A stretch of 64,000 bases of DNA from Alphaproteobacteria bacterium (GCA_964291395.2 OZ219857.1:64001-128000); one strand, 5' to 3'; numbered from the stretch's first letter, positions 44,024 to 54,583 are shown. The notes: a model not told the origin generated them from the sequence alone. A program made the numbers and translations.

Positions 44024-44987
44024 GTCCGTCTCCACCTGCGGGAAGCGCCTCGCCGGTCGTGATGGTTCTGAAGACCTCGTCGAGGTGGCCTCGCTCGACG
44101 CGGATCTGGTCGACCTCCCAGCCGCTCTCACGAACCAACCGAGAGACCTCCCCCAAGATGTCACCACCATCCTCGGGCACTACGATGAGTTCAGCCTGCA
44201 CGCCTGCCGTATCCCGCTGCTCCACCGAGGCCACGGCAGCCAGCGAGTGCAACCCCTCGCGTACCGAGTCGATGTTGGCCGGCGGCAGTGACAGCGAAAT
44301 GGCGTTGTAGTAGCGGGATCGATGTTCCAGATCGTCGGGTGTTCCGTCGGCGACCACGCGACCTTCCGAGATGATCACGGCGCGGCTGCAAACCGCCTCT
44401 ACCTCCTCCAGAATATGGGTGGAGATGACGATGGCCTTCTCACCGGACATCTCGTGAATGAGCGTTCGCACCTCGAACTTCTGGTTGGGGTCGAGGCCGT
44501 CCGTCGGCTCGTCCAAAATCAGAACGTCGGGATCATGTATCAACGCCTGGGCCAGACCGACACGCCTCTTGTAGCCCTTCGACAGCGTGTCGATCGGCTG
44601 ATAAAGCACGCGGTCCAAATGGGTGAGCTCCACCGCGCGCGCAATGGCCGCTCGGCGGGCCGCACCCGACAGGCGGCGGACATCGGCGATGAATCCGAGA
44701 TAGGTCTGCGGAGTCATATCTCCATATGCAGGGGCACCTTCGGGGAGGTAACCGATGCGACGCTGTGCTTGAATCGGATCCTCCAGCACATCGATTCCGC
44801 AGACCTCGGCCGTTCCTGAGGTGGGCGTCAAGTATCCCGTGACCATCTTCATGGTCGTCGATTTGCCAGAACCATTGGGCCCGAGGAACCCAAGGACCTC
44901 GCCTTTGGACACTTCGAGACTGATATTGTCGACTGCCAAGAGGTGCCCGAACCTCTTGGTCAGGCCCTTGATCGCGACCATCGTCAT
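44016..44987 (-). CDS. ABC ATPase (GldA-like)
   Basis: GFLGPNGSGKSTT, LSKGYKRRVGLAQA and LDEPTDGLDPNQ. Confidence 0.94.
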   Translation of the reverse strand: MTMVAIKGLTKRFGHLLAVDNISLEVSKGEVLGFLGPNGSGKSTTMKMVTGYLTPTSGTAEVCGIDVLEDPIQAQRRIGYLPEGAPAYGDMTPQTYLGFIADVRRLSGAARRAAIARAVELTHLDRVLYQPIDTLSKGYKRRVGLAQALIHDPDVLILDEPTDGLDPNQKFEVRTLIHEMSGEKAIVISTHILEEVEAVCSRAVIISEGRVVADGTPDDLEHRSRYYNAISLSLPPANIDSVREGLHSLAAVASVEQRDTAGVQAELIVVPEDGGDILGEVSRLVRESGWEVDQIRVERGHLDEVFRTITTGEALPAGGDGHA

Positions 44988-45343
44988 GGCGCTTTGTCGT
45001 CCTCCCCCCGCGTCCAAGAAAGCCGAAAATCCATGCCGCCTGGAAATGCGCCGCCCCTTTTAGCACTCGAAACCCCAGAGTGCCAGCCCAAGACGTCACC
45101 TGATGTAAGAGGCCTCGAGCAGCTTTCAATACCCCCAACGAAAATCATGGATGGACCCGTGCACTGTTCACCGGCGGAGTTCCAGCGGCCGAACCCATGG
45201 AATCTCGACTCCTCGACATCTGTCGCGCTCGTCCGTTTCGTATCGACAATCAACATCTTTTGCGAACGGGCGTCGTTGGTCTCGCCGCCACGGCGGCGCC
45301 GGGATAACATGGCTCGTACACGTGTAGCGGAGTGTTCAAGAAC

Positions 45344-46360
45344 ATGGCAAAGATCACGCGGAGTAACGGTCATCGCCTCGACAGCATCGCTCACATTCAA
45401 CTCGGCGCGGGCACGCTCGAGAGACCCAATCCCGACGACTTGAGCTTCGATCTCGACGCTGTGAGCGCGTCGGTGGTTTCCTTGAGCGCCGAGATCCCGC
45501 CGGATGCCATGACAGCCCAGACGCTGGGAACGGAGCGGGCCGGGAATGGGGTGATCATCGACGAGCACGGCCTCGTTCTCACGATCGGGTATCTGATCAG
45601 TGAAGCCACCGCGGTCAACCTGCGAACCGCGCACGGCGACGAAGTGGCCGGCGAGACTGTGGCCTACGACTACGAGACCGGTTTCGGCCTGATACGAGCT
45701 TTGGCGCCCCTCAATGCGGCATCGGTTGAAATCGGCGAGGCCGCGACAGCCATGCCCGGTGATCCGGTTGTTGTAGTCGGTCACGGAGACGGCGGCGGCT
45801 CCATCGCCGCACAGGTCGTGGCCAAACGCGAGTTCGCGGGCTACTGGGAATACCTGCTTGACGAAGCGATATTCACGACGCCCCCGCACCCCAACTGGGG
45901 CGGCACCGCCCTCATAGACCGAAACGGAAAATTGATCGGCATCGGCTCCCTGTTTGTCCAGGAGACCAGAGCACCTGACGAGCATGAGCCCGGCAACATG
46001 TTTGTGCCGATCGACTTGCTTCAACCCGTCTACCATGACCTGGTGACCCTGGGACGGGTCAATCGAGCCTCGCGTCCTTGGCTCGGCATGTTCACGACGG
46101 AGAGTTCAGGGCACCTGATCGTCGCGGGTCTCTATTCGAACGGGCCGGCGGAAAGAGCCGGCCTAGAGCAACTCGACGTCATCCTGAGAGTCGACGACCA
46201 GCCCGTACGGGGGCTTGCCGACATGTACCGAAAGATCTGGAGCGCAGGCGACGCGGGGACGAAGATCAATATGACCGTTCTCCGCGATGGCAAGATCATC
46301 GACGTCGTGATCGAAACGGCGGACCGCTACACTCTGATGCGAGTCTCGAGACCTCACTAG
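45344..46360 (+). CDS. S1C (HtrA-like) serine protease-fold protein with PDZ domain
   Basis: GNGVII, LTIGYLI, EFAGYWEYLLDEAI, NWGG.AL....G.LIGIG and RPWLG, followed by a PDZ domain. Confidence 0.85.
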   Translation: MAKITRSNGHRLDSIAHIQLGAGTLERPNPDDLSFDLDAVSASVVSLSAEIPPDAMTAQTLGTERAGNGVIIDEHGLVLTIGYLISEATAVNLRTAHGDEVAGETVAYDYETGFGLIRALAPLNAASVEIGEAATAMPGDPVVVVGHGDGGGSIAAQVVAKREFAGYWEYLLDEAIFTTPPHPNWGGTALIDRNGKLIGIGSLFVQETRAPDEHEPGNMFVPIDLLQPVYHDLVTLGRVNRASRPWLGMFTTESSGHLIVAGLYSNGPAERAGLEQLDVILRVDDQPVRGLADMYRKIWSAGDAGTKINMTVLRDGKIIDVVIETADRYTLMRVSRPH

Positions 46361-46387
46361 TCGTGAACGTTTCCCGCCCCTGCTCGC

Positions 46388-47734
46388 CTAAACCGACCGC
46401 GCCATCGGCTCCAGCGTGGTTCCGTCGCCGAACCTGGAGAACCGGAAGGGCGTCGGGTCTACTCGGGGCGCGGTACCGCGCACGAGATCGGACATCAAGA
46501 AGCCCGCACCCGGTCCAATTCCGAAGCCATGCCCCGAAAACCCGGAAATCAAGAACAGACCCGGTACTGATTCAATTTCCGATATGACAGGCAAGGCATC
46601 CGGGGTGGCATCGATCGTACCCGCCCAGCACTGCTCGATGGACCTGTTCTCGAATACCGGAAAGGCCGCCGACAACGCCGCGTAGGCGGTCGTCATCGCC
46701 TTGCGGGACGGTTCCGGGTCGAGAGCGCGAACCCGTTCGAAGGGACTGGCTTGGTCGAGATTCCACGATCCCCGCTGCCGAGCCTCCTGGAAGAACCTGC
46801 GGCCCAGACGCAATCGCAGCTTTCCCCGTTCGTTCTTGAAGGCCGGGATGAATTCCTTCATGAACCTGATGCTGTCTGGAACGATATCGACGTCGTTCCA
46901 GTTGCCGTTGGCGACGCTGTAGCCACCGTCCAAACGCTTTCGGAATGCGAAACCACCTCCCCAGGCCGCCGTTTCGGGACCACCGTCAAGCGCCTCGGTG
47001 CGAAAAACCGACGCAACGACTTTCAGCTGCGGGAACCGCACCCCGAGACTGCGGCACAACAGGCCCGACCACGCGCCTGCGGCAATCACCACCGCCCGAC
47101 ACGACACGCGGCCCCGTTCCGTTACGACCCCGGCGACACGACCTCCTTCCACGTCCAGCCCCCGCACGGCGCAGTTCGTCACCACGGTCGTGCCATTGTC
47201 TTGAGCACCACGAGCCAGGGCAGGCGCCGCTTTCTGTGGCTCGGCCCGAGCGTCGCTCGCCGTGTAGAACGCCGTTGGACAATTTCCCCGATAGCCGGGG
47301 AGCACTTCCTCGATTTCGGCCCGTGTAATCACCTTTGAATCGAGTTGAAAGCCACGCACTTCCTCGAGCCAACGTTCGTATCGGGCGACATCCTCTTGCG
47401 TTTCGCATAGGTAGGCGATGCCGCTTCGGCGAAATCCGGTTTCCATCTGAAGGGCTTCGTTCAACCCTTCCCAAATCCGCATCGACTCCATCATCAGCGG
47501 CAGTTCCCGCGGATCACGATGCATCTTGCGGACCCACCCCCAGTTGCGGCTTGATTGCTCGCCGGCCACGGCGCCCTTTTCACAGAGCACCGTCGGCACG
47601 CCGTTCCGCGAAAGCGCATAAGCGGTGCTTGCACCGGCGATACCGGCGCCGATGACAACGACTTCGCACCGCTCGGGTAATGTCGGATCAAGCCGAACGG
47701 CGTCGGGTTTCGGGGACCGCCACTGCCCTAGCAT
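46388..47734 (-). CDS. FAD-dependent oxidoreductase (DadA/DAO family)
   Basis: VVIGAGIAG, EQSSRNWGW, WAG.ID.TPD and GFSGHGFGIGPG. Confidence 0.92.
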   Translation of the reverse strand: MLGQWRSPKPDAVRLDPTLPERCEVVVIGAGIAGASTAYALSRNGVPTVLCEKGAVAGEQSSRNWGWVRKMHRDPRELPLMMESMRIWEGLNEALQMETGFRRSGIAYLCETQEDVARYERWLEEVRGFQLDSKVITRAEIEEVLPGYRGNCPTAFYTASDARAEPQKAAPALARGAQDNGTTVVTNCAVRGLDVEGGRVAGVVTERGRVSCRAVVIAAGAWSGLLCRSLGVRFPQLKVVASVFRTEALDGGPETAAWGGGFAFRKRLDGGYSVANGNWNDVDIVPDSIRFMKEFIPAFKNERGKLRLRLGRRFFQEARQRGSWNLDQASPFERVRALDPEPSRKAMTTAYAALSAAFPVFENRSIEQCWAGTIDATPDALPVISEIESVPGLFLISGFSGHGFGIGPGAGFLMSDLVRGTAPRVDPTPFRFSRFGDGTTLEPMARSV

Positions 47735-47857
47735 CACTTCCTTCCGAAACACCCAGCCGTCCTGCGTTGGCTCAGAACCCGAGGATGCGCACCACACCGC
47801 GATGAGAGCAAGGCCACAAGACCGGAGAAATGAAAAGGGCGGGAGCGAGACGGCCCA

Positions 47858-47886
47858 TGGCGGTTCAGGCCCGGCTCGAACCGCCA
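47858..47886 (+). repeat. Palindromic repeat copy
   Basis: TGGCGGTTC-aggcccggctc-GAACCGCCA. Same GCGGTTCAG..GAACCGC core as at 36385 and 58970. Confidence 0.5.
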
Positions 47887-48116
47887 CGGAGGCCGCGACG
47901 CAGCCCGACGGGGAGACTCCGTGTCAAACCAACGAACGACAGATGCGGGTCCGATACCGATTCCAGGTGCAGACCGAAGGCTCGCGGCGGCGAGCGACGA
48001 AGACCGGGAAGGAAGGCGCCGTGCGGCGTCCCTCCTCCCATACCATCACAGGCTCGAACCTGAAGTCCGAGCCCATGTTCCGGTCAAACTGGAACCGCTC
48101 CAGCCCCTGTTCTAAT

Positions 48117-48192
<76 letters not shown>

Positions 48193-48234
48193 TGATCCCT
48201 TCGTCGCGTCCCGCCAATCGCGGCACCGAAACAA

Positions 48235-48600
48235 CTATTCGTCGGTCTTGCTTCCATCGACCGCGCCGTCGAGCACATCCGACACGTCATCTTCTTTCAC
48301 GAGTTCGGCAGCATCCTCGATGAGATCGTCGTCCTCGTCGTCGGCATCGTCGTCGATATCAATCTCCTCAAGTCCTTCGTCGCCTCCCGTCCCCGGAACG
48401 ATGCCTTCCGCGCTCTCGACGGACGCCAGCTGCTCGCCTTCCCCTGCCGAATTCTTGGGCCCAGCCACCGGCGCCTTCTCGGTCGTCACGAGGTACGGGG
48501 TCTCGCACTTTGGACAGATGACAGGGTCGCGTTTGAGATCGTAAAAGCGCGCCCCGCATTCTGGGCACTCCCGCTTCTCACCCCATTCAGGTTTCGACAC
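48235..48600 (-). CDS. TIGR02300 / FYDLN-acid family protein
   Basis: KPEWGEKRECPECGARFYDL...CPKC zinc ribbon followed by an acidic tail. GTG start. Confidence 0.9.
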   Translation of the reverse strand: MSKPEWGEKRECPECGARFYDLKRDPVICPKCETPYLVTTEKAPVAGPKNSAGEGEQLASVESAEGIVPGTGGDEGLEEIDIDDDADDEDDDLIEDAAELVKEDDVSDVLDGAVDGSKTDE

Positions 48601-48819
48601 GCGGATGACTCCCGATCGCTTCGACAATTTGTGGAATGATACAAATTTGGGGGTGTCCCAATTGCCATGAACGGGCCAAGCTGTCAAAAGTTTTGTCGCT
48701 CTGATCCCGACGAGGCCTCGCCAGTCCATTGCACCTCCTGATTTCGATGGTGGTGCGATTCGGATTGCAAATGGCCATTCCCGGCCGGAGCCTGATCGCC
48801 TCTGCATCTTGAAACCGGT

Positions 48820-50172
48820 TTGATCGTACTCACCTCACATCGCGCTCGGGCGTTGAACGGCACCACACGCGTGCCGGGAGACAAATCGATATCCCATCGC
48901 GCTCTCATTTTTGGCGCGCTTTCGGTCGGCGAAACGGTAGTCACGGGATTGTCCCAGGGCGACGACGTGGCGAGAACCGAGGCGGCGTTGCGCCATCTTG
49001 GAGCCGAGATACGGGCGCCGGAATCCGACACTCGAGTCATCTTCGGGCGTGGAGTCGGAGGACTATGCGAACCCGCGTCGGCCCTCGATCTGGGGAATTC
49101 GGGCACTGGCGCCCGGCTGCTGATGGGTATGGTCGCGTCCCATCACCTGACGGCGCACTTCACCGGGGATGCCTCGCTCTCGAACAGACCCATGGACCGC
49201 GTCATTCTCCCCCTCCGGCAAATGGGAGCCGAGATCTCGGCGCGGGATGGAAACCTCCTTCCCCTGACCGTCGCCGGCACGCAGAGCCCGGTTCCCATCG
49301 AATACGTCCTGCCGACCCCATCAGCACAGGTCAAGTCCGCCATACTTCTGGCCGCTCTCAATACGCCGGGTGATACATCCGTGATCGAGCCCGTCCCCTC
49401 GCGAGATCACACGGAACGCATGATGGCACACTTCGGAGCAACGATTGCCGAAAGGGAAGACGGTGACGGCAGACGCCGTATCACCGTGAAGGGCGAAGCG
49501 GAACTGACGGGGCGTCCCGTTTCGATCCCCGGTGACCCGTCGTCAGCTGCCTTCCTCATCGCTGCCGCCCTCGCCGTTCCGGCTTCCCAAGTCACGATCC
49601 AAAACGTCGGCACCAACCCCTTGCGAACGGGGTTCTTCGACACTCTGCGAGAGATGGGAGCCAGCATCGAGTTGTCGAGCATCCAAACGGTCGGAGGCGA
49701 GCCGGTAGCGGACGTTACGGTCAAGCACAGCCGTTTGATCGGTATCAACGTTCCTCCGGAACGGGCCCCCACGATGATCGACGAGTATCCGGTCCTGGCA
49801 GTGCTGGCGGCGAGCGCGGAAGGTCAAACCGTCATGCGTGGCGTCCGCGAACTCCGTATCAAAGAAAGCGATCGCATCTCCGCCATGACGACCGGCCTCC
49901 GGGCTTGCGGTGTAACGGTTGACGAATTCGAGGACGGCTTCGCGGTCACCGGTCTGGGTAGACCGGTACCCGGTGGCGCCGCCGTCCACACGTATCTCGA
50001 CCACAGAGTGGCCATGTCGTTTCTCGTACTAGGCATGACCTCCGAGGAACCGATCGTGGTAAACGGTGCAGAGACCATCGATACCAGCTTTCCCGAATTC
50101 ATGGACCTCTTGACGGGCCTGGGTGCCGAAGTGTCCCAAAAGCCATGGACGCGGAATGATTATCGCGATTGA
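48820..50172 (+). CDS. aroA: EPSP synthase
   Basis: PGDKSISHR, DLGNSGT, SAQVKSA, RDHTE, KESDRI and DHRVAMSF. Confidence 0.97.
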   Translation: MIVLTSHRARALNGTTRVPGDKSISHRALIFGALSVGETVVTGLSQGDDVARTEAALRHLGAEIRAPESDTRVIFGRGVGGLCEPASALDLGNSGTGARLLMGMVASHHLTAHFTGDASLSNRPMDRVILPLRQMGAEISARDGNLLPLTVAGTQSPVPIEYVLPTPSAQVKSAILLAALNTPGDTSVIEPVPSRDHTERMMAHFGATIAEREDGDGRRRITVKGEAELTGRPVSIPGDPSSAAFLIAAALAVPASQVTIQNVGTNPLRTGFFDTLREMGASIELSSIQTVGGEPVADVTVKHSRLIGINVPPERAPTMIDEYPVLAVLAASAEGQTVMRGVRELRIKESDRISAMTTGLRACGVTVDEFEDGFAVTGLGRPVPGGAAVHTYLDHRVAMSFLVLGMTSEEPIVVNGAETIDTSFPEFMDLLTGLGAEVSQKPWTRNDYRD

Positions 50173-50791
50173 CGGCCCCGCCGCGGCCGGTAAGGGCACC
50201 TTGTCGCAATTGCTGGCGGAGAGGCTGGACCTCGCTTGGCTGGAAACGGGATCGCTTTATCGCGCCGTGGCACTCCGAATGTTGCGGGATGGTTCGGATC
50301 TTCGAGACTCCCGGGCTGCGGTCAAGGCGGTCGAGCATTTGGATGCGAACGACTTGAACGATCCCGAATTGCGCCGGGAGGACGTCGGCCAGGCGGCATC
50401 TCGGATCGCGGCCAACCCTGAGGTTCGCGCCGCGTTGGTCGGGTTTCAGCGCGACTTCGCCCGCCAGCCTCCTGGGCGGGTCCGAGGGGCGGTCCTGGAT
50501 GGTCGAGACATCGGAACCATCGTGTGCCCGGACGCCGACTACAAAATCTTCTTAACCGCGACTCCGGAAGCGCGGGCCCGCCGTCGTTTCCTGGAACTGC
50601 AGGAGGACGGCAATCAAGTCGACGAACAACAGGTACTTGCAACGACCCTCGAACGCGACGCACGGGACAGCGAACGTAGCACTTCCCCTTTGAGACCGGC
50701 GGATGACGCGTACTTGCTAGACACGACGAATTTGTCTATAGACGCAGCCTTTGCGGCCCTGATGGCGTATATCTCGGGCTCGAGCGATTGA
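50156..50791 (+). CDS. cmk: Cytidylate kinase
   Basis: IAIDGPAAAGKGT, G.LYRA and LDGRDIGTIVCPDA. Confidence 0.96.
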   Translation: MIIAIDGPAAAGKGTLSQLLAERLDLAWLETGSLYRAVALRMLRDGSDLRDSRAAVKAVEHLDANDLNDPELRREDVGQAASRIAANPEVRAALVGFQRDFARQPPGRVRGAVLDGRDIGTIVCPDADYKIFLTATPEARARRRFLELQEDGNQVDEQQVLATTLERDARDSERSTSPLRPADDAYLLDTTNLSIDAAFAALMAYISGSSD

Positions 50792-50926
50792 ATTCTTGGG
50801 TAACGCAAGCATCCCCTGAGAGATTCCGGAGCGGCGGCTCCCGTGATCTGCCGACGCCACCTTGGAGGGTCGGTTGTGTTATGCTTGTCCATACGCGCGT
50901 GATGGGACCGCGCAACAGGAGCCAGA

Positions 50927-52795
50927 ATGACGAATACCGCGACCGCGACCGGGGGAGACACCCCCGAACTCAAGGAGAGTTTCGCCTCCCTTCTCGAGGA
51001 ATCCTTCGGCAACAGAGATGACCTGGTCGGCACGGTAGTCGTCGGGACCGTGATCGCCGTCGAAAATGACATGGCGGTCGTCGACGTCGGACTGAAGTCG
51101 GAGGGTCGGGTTCCTCTCAAGGAGTTCTCGGTTCAGGGCCAACCTCCCGAAATCAGCATCGGCGACACGGTCGAGGTCTACCTCGAGCGCATGGAAAACG
51201 TCCACGGCGAGACCGTACTGAGTCGGGAAAAGGCGCGGCGTGAAGAAGCTTGGGAAAAACTTGAGGACGCATTCGCCAAGGATCAACACGTGAGCGGCGT
51301 CATATTCGGCCGGGTCAAAGGCGGGTTCACCGTTGATCTCTCCGGCGCCGTGGCGTTCCTGCCGGGCAGCCAAGTGGACGTGCGCCCGGTCCGTGACATC
51401 GCACCGCTGATGGGCCAGCCTCAGCCTTTCCAAATTCTCAAAATGGACCGCCGGCGGGGCAACATCGTGGTATCCCGCCGCGCCGTCCTGGAAGAGGCAC
51501 GTGCCGCCGAGCGCCAGGAACTCATCGCAAACATTCACGAAGGCCAGGTTCTCGACGGTGTCGTCAAGAACATCACCGACTACGGCGCATTTGTCGACCT
51601 GGGTGGTGTCGACGGACTTCTCCACGTCACCGATATGGCTTGGCGGCGAATCAACCACCCGAGCGAAGCCGTGCAGATTGGCCAGACCGTCAAAGTGCAG
51701 GTCGTACGGCTGAATGTCGAAACGCAGAGGATCAGCCTTGGCATGAAGCAGCTCGAGGCGGATCCGTGGGACGGTGTCGAAAGCAAGTATCCGGTCGACA
51801 TGAAGCTCAAAGGCCGCGTGACCAACATCACGGATTACGGCGCGTTTGTCGAGCTGGAACCGGGAGTTGAGGGATTGGTGCACGTCTCGGAAATGAGTTG
51901 GACAAAGAAGAACGTCCACCCGGGCAAGATCGTGTCCACGAGCCAGGAAGTCGAGGTCATGGTCCTCGACGTCGATCCCGTGAAGCGCCGCATCAGCCTA
52001 GGCATCAAGCAATGCAAGGAAAACCCGTGGGACGAGTTCCATGCTCTTCACCCCGAAGGCAGCGAAGTTGAAGGCGAAGTGAAGAGCATTACCGAATTTG
52101 GCATTTTCATCGGTTTGACCGGAGATATCGACGGCATGGTCCATCTTTCGGATCTGGATTGGGACCGTCCCGGCGATGAAGTGATTGGGCAGTACAACAA
52201 AGGCGACGTCGTTCGAGCCAAGGTTTTGAGCACCGACGTCGAAAAGGAGCGGGTCGGCCTCGGTATCAAGCAATTGTCGGAAGACCCATTCGTGGGAATC
52301 GACAAGCTCAAGAAGGGCGATACCGTAACATGTACCGTCGCGGAAATCGCGTCGGGCGGAATCGAGGTCACGTTCGAAAACGATCTTCGGGGCTTTATTC
52401 GCAAAGCCGACCTGTCGCGGGACCGATCTGAAAAGCGTCCGGAGCGCTTTGCAATTGGCGACAAGGTAGATGCCACGATCACAAGTATCGATCGCACCTC
52501 TCGTCGCGTGACCCTATCGATCAAGGCCTTGGAAATCGCGGACGAGCGCGAAGCAATGGCGCAATATGGATCTTCGGATTCCGGTGCCAGCCTCGGCGAT
52601 ATCCTTGGAGCGGCCATCAGTCGGGCTCGCGAAGAGGCCGAAGCGGCAAGCGAGGACGAGTCGCCGGCCGAGGACACGGCCGTGGCGCAAGATACCGAAC
52701 CGGCGGAGGCCGACGACACTGAGGCGGGCGCGGATGAGCGAACTGCCGAGGAAACGGACTCCCAAACGGCGGAGAAGTCTGCAACCAAGGAATAG
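50927..52795 (+). CDS. rpsA: 30S ribosomal protein S1
   Basis: Six S1 repeats (DVGLKSEG, VKNITDYGAFVDLGG...), SLGDIL and an acidic C-terminal tail. Confidence 0.98.
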   Translation: MTNTATATGGDTPELKESFASLLEESFGNRDDLVGTVVVGTVIAVENDMAVVDVGLKSEGRVPLKEFSVQGQPPEISIGDTVEVYLERMENVHGETVLSREKARREEAWEKLEDAFAKDQHVSGVIFGRVKGGFTVDLSGAVAFLPGSQVDVRPVRDIAPLMGQPQPFQILKMDRRRGNIVVSRRAVLEEARAAERQELIANIHEGQVLDGVVKNITDYGAFVDLGGVDGLLHVTDMAWRRINHPSEAVQIGQTVKVQVVRLNVETQRISLGMKQLEADPWDGVESKYPVDMKLKGRVTNITDYGAFVELEPGVEGLVHVSEMSWTKKNVHPGKIVSTSQEVEVMVLDVDPVKRRISLGIKQCKENPWDEFHALHPEGSEVEGEVKSITEFGIFIGLTGDIDGMVHLSDLDWDRPGDEVIGQYNKGDVVRAKVLSTDVEKERVGLGIKQLSEDPFVGIDKLKKGDTVTCTVAEIASGGIEVTFENDLRGFIRKADLSRDRSEKRPERFAIGDKVDATITSIDRTSRRVTLSIKALEIADEREAMAQYGSSDSGASLGDILGAAISRAREEAEAASEDESPAEDTAVAQDTEPAEADDTEAGADERTAEETDSQTAEKSATKE

Positions 52796-52975
52796 CGCGG
52801 ACCGGAGGTCCCCTGCCGCAGGCCACAAGGAATGCCGGACTGCAATCGGAAAAATGTCGTTTTCTGAACGACTTACACTTGACGGACTGATCTCGCTTTG
52901 GCACGCTCGGAGCGTATTTTGATGGGCTGGCCCGCCCTCGGGCGGGCCAACGAGTGCTGCGAACGTGGGGCTCCC

Positions 52976-53272
52976 ATGGTCAAATCCGAATTGATAGCGC
53001 GGCTCGCTGAGCTCAACCCCCATCTTTATCAGCGGGATGTGGAGCGAATCGTCAGCACGATTTTTGATGAAATTTCCATGGCTCTCGCACAGGGGGATCG
53101 TGTCGAGCTACGCGGTTTCGGAACGTTCTCCGTCAAGCAACGTCAACCACGGACCGCACGTAACCCACGGACGGGCCAAGCCGTGTTCGTTGGAGAAAAG
53201 CACATTCCGTTCTTCAAGACCGGGAAAGAGCTGCGCGAACGGCTAAACGATTCCAACGTCGCCGACCAGTAA
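52976..53272 (+). CDS. ihfB: Integration host factor beta subunit
   Basis: [23 protein letters not shown] and [14 protein letters not shown]. Confidence 0.96.
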   Translation: MVKSELIARLAELNPHLYQRDVERIVSTIFDEISMALAQGDRVELRGFGTFSVKQRQPRTARNPRTGQAVFVGEKHIPFFKTGKELRERLNDSNVADQ

Positions 53273-53345
53273 CGCTGGGCGACGACAGGCGGGCCCCATA
53301 CCACGGCCGGCCAACGCTGCTGGCCGAGACAAAGGATCCCGGAAG

Positions 53346-53732
53346 GTGAAGGCGCTCTTCTGGCTCCTCTACTTGCCCTTTCTCGTTTTGGCGGCGGCAT
53401 TCGCCGCCGCCAATCGTCATGATGTCGATGTCAGTCTCGATCCTCTACCGTTCGGTCTTGCCGCACCGCTCTTTCTCATCGTCCTCACGTCCGTTCTGAT
53501 CGGACTCATCGTTGGAGGCGTGTCCGCTTGGCTGTCGGGTCGGCGCTGGCGCCGCAGCACACGACAGTTGCGTCGAAGTAACGCCCTGTTGGAAACGGAA
53601 GTGGCCGCCCTACGGGACCAACTCGAAACCGACGCGCCTCCCGTTTCCGAATCTCGGCCACAGGCCTCTCCGGACTCGCCGGGACAGGGCGTGCAGCGCG
53701 GAACGGAACGGGCACAGGGCGACGCTGTGTAA
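53346..53732 (+). CDS. LapA / DUF1049 family membrane protein
   Basis: FAAANRH.V.VSLDP and two TM segments followed by a basic coiled region. Located after ihfB. Confidence 0.82.
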   Translation: MKALFWLLYLPFLVLAAAFAAANRHDVDVSLDPLPFGLAAPLFLIVLTSVLIGLIVGGVSAWLSGRRWRRSTRQLRRSNALLETEVAALRDQLETDAPPVSESRPQASPDSPGQGVQRGTERAQGDAV

Positions 53733-53923
53733 AACTCCCGTAAATGCCCGTGCCCCGGGTATGTTTCGTGCTATAACCGCTCGCCAATTCGGCACCATGG
53801 AAACGCGCTGCCGGGATCAGGATTGGAGGGTCGCCGTCGCCTCTGGCCGTGCGATGACAAGCGCGGAAGACAGGCGACCGGATGATGAGTTACGACCCCA
53901 CCACGGGTGCGTAAGGTTTGAAG

Positions 53924-54571
53924 ATGGGAATCAGCGCGAAAATCTGTGGCCTGAATACACCCGAGTCGATCGACGCCGCCGTTTCCGGCGGCGCCGACTT
54001 CATCGGAATCGTGTTCTTTCCACCCTCGCCGCGTTATGTGGCACCGGACAAAGCGGCGGAACTCGTTCGCGCGGTGCCTTCGACGGTTACCTCGGTCGGT
54101 CTATTCGTGGACGCTTCAGACGACGTCATCGCCGAAACGCTGGAAACCGTGAGTCTGGACATGCTTCAGTTGCACGGAAGCGAGTCGCCCGACCGCATTC
54201 ACGAGCTTGGCGGTAAATTCGGTCTCAAGACCATGAAAGCCATCAAGGTCGAATCCGCTGCTGACATCGGGGCGGTTTCTGAATATGCCGATTCAGCGGA
54301 CTGGCTGTTGTTTGATGCCAAGGCTCCCAAGAATATGGCGAGTGCGCTACCCGGAGGGAATGCCTTGGCATTCGACTGGTACCTGCTGCAAGGTCGGTCT
54401 TGGAAACTGCCGTGGATGCTCTCCGGTGGGCTCAACGCGGACAACGTTTCCGAGGCGGTCTCCATCAGCGGCGCGACGGCGGTAGACGTCTCTTCGGGTG
54501 TGGAAGACCGCCCGGGCAGCAAGAACCCTTCGCTGATCGGGCGATTCCTGGACACCATCAGATCACTCTAA
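53924..54571 (+). CDS. trpF: Phosphoribosylanthranilate isomerase
   Basis: KICGL, QLHGSE, LSGGL and VDVSSGVE. Confidence 0.96.
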   Translation: MGISAKICGLNTPESIDAAVSGGADFIGIVFFPPSPRYVAPDKAAELVRAVPSTVTSVGLFVDASDDVIAETLETVSLDMLQLHGSESPDRIHELGGKFGLKTMKAIKVESAADIGAVSEYADSADWLLFDAKAPKNMASALPGGNALAFDWYLLQGRSWKLPWMLSGGLNADNVSEAVSISGATAVDVSSGVEDRPGSKNPSLIGRFLDTIRSL

Positions 54572-54583
54572 CGGTACGCGTCG

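Noticed and set aside
47735-48116. Possible integrative element at the tRNA-Ala 3' end
   Set aside because: No integrase and no duplicated tRNA end were found. Only short hairpin repeats are present, and these are reported separately.
51560-52120. Internal nucleotide repeats (AACATCACCGACTACGGCGC-like)
   Set aside because: These are explained by the tandem S1 domains of rpsA and are not a CRISPR array or mobile repeat.
52899-52915. TGGCAC as a sigma54 -24 element upstream of ihfB (also near 6941)
   Set aside because: There is no TTGC -12 element at the required spacing.
53797-53923. Trp attenuator leader before trpF
   Set aside because: The frame has only one Trp codon, no short closed leader ORF and no terminator U-tract.
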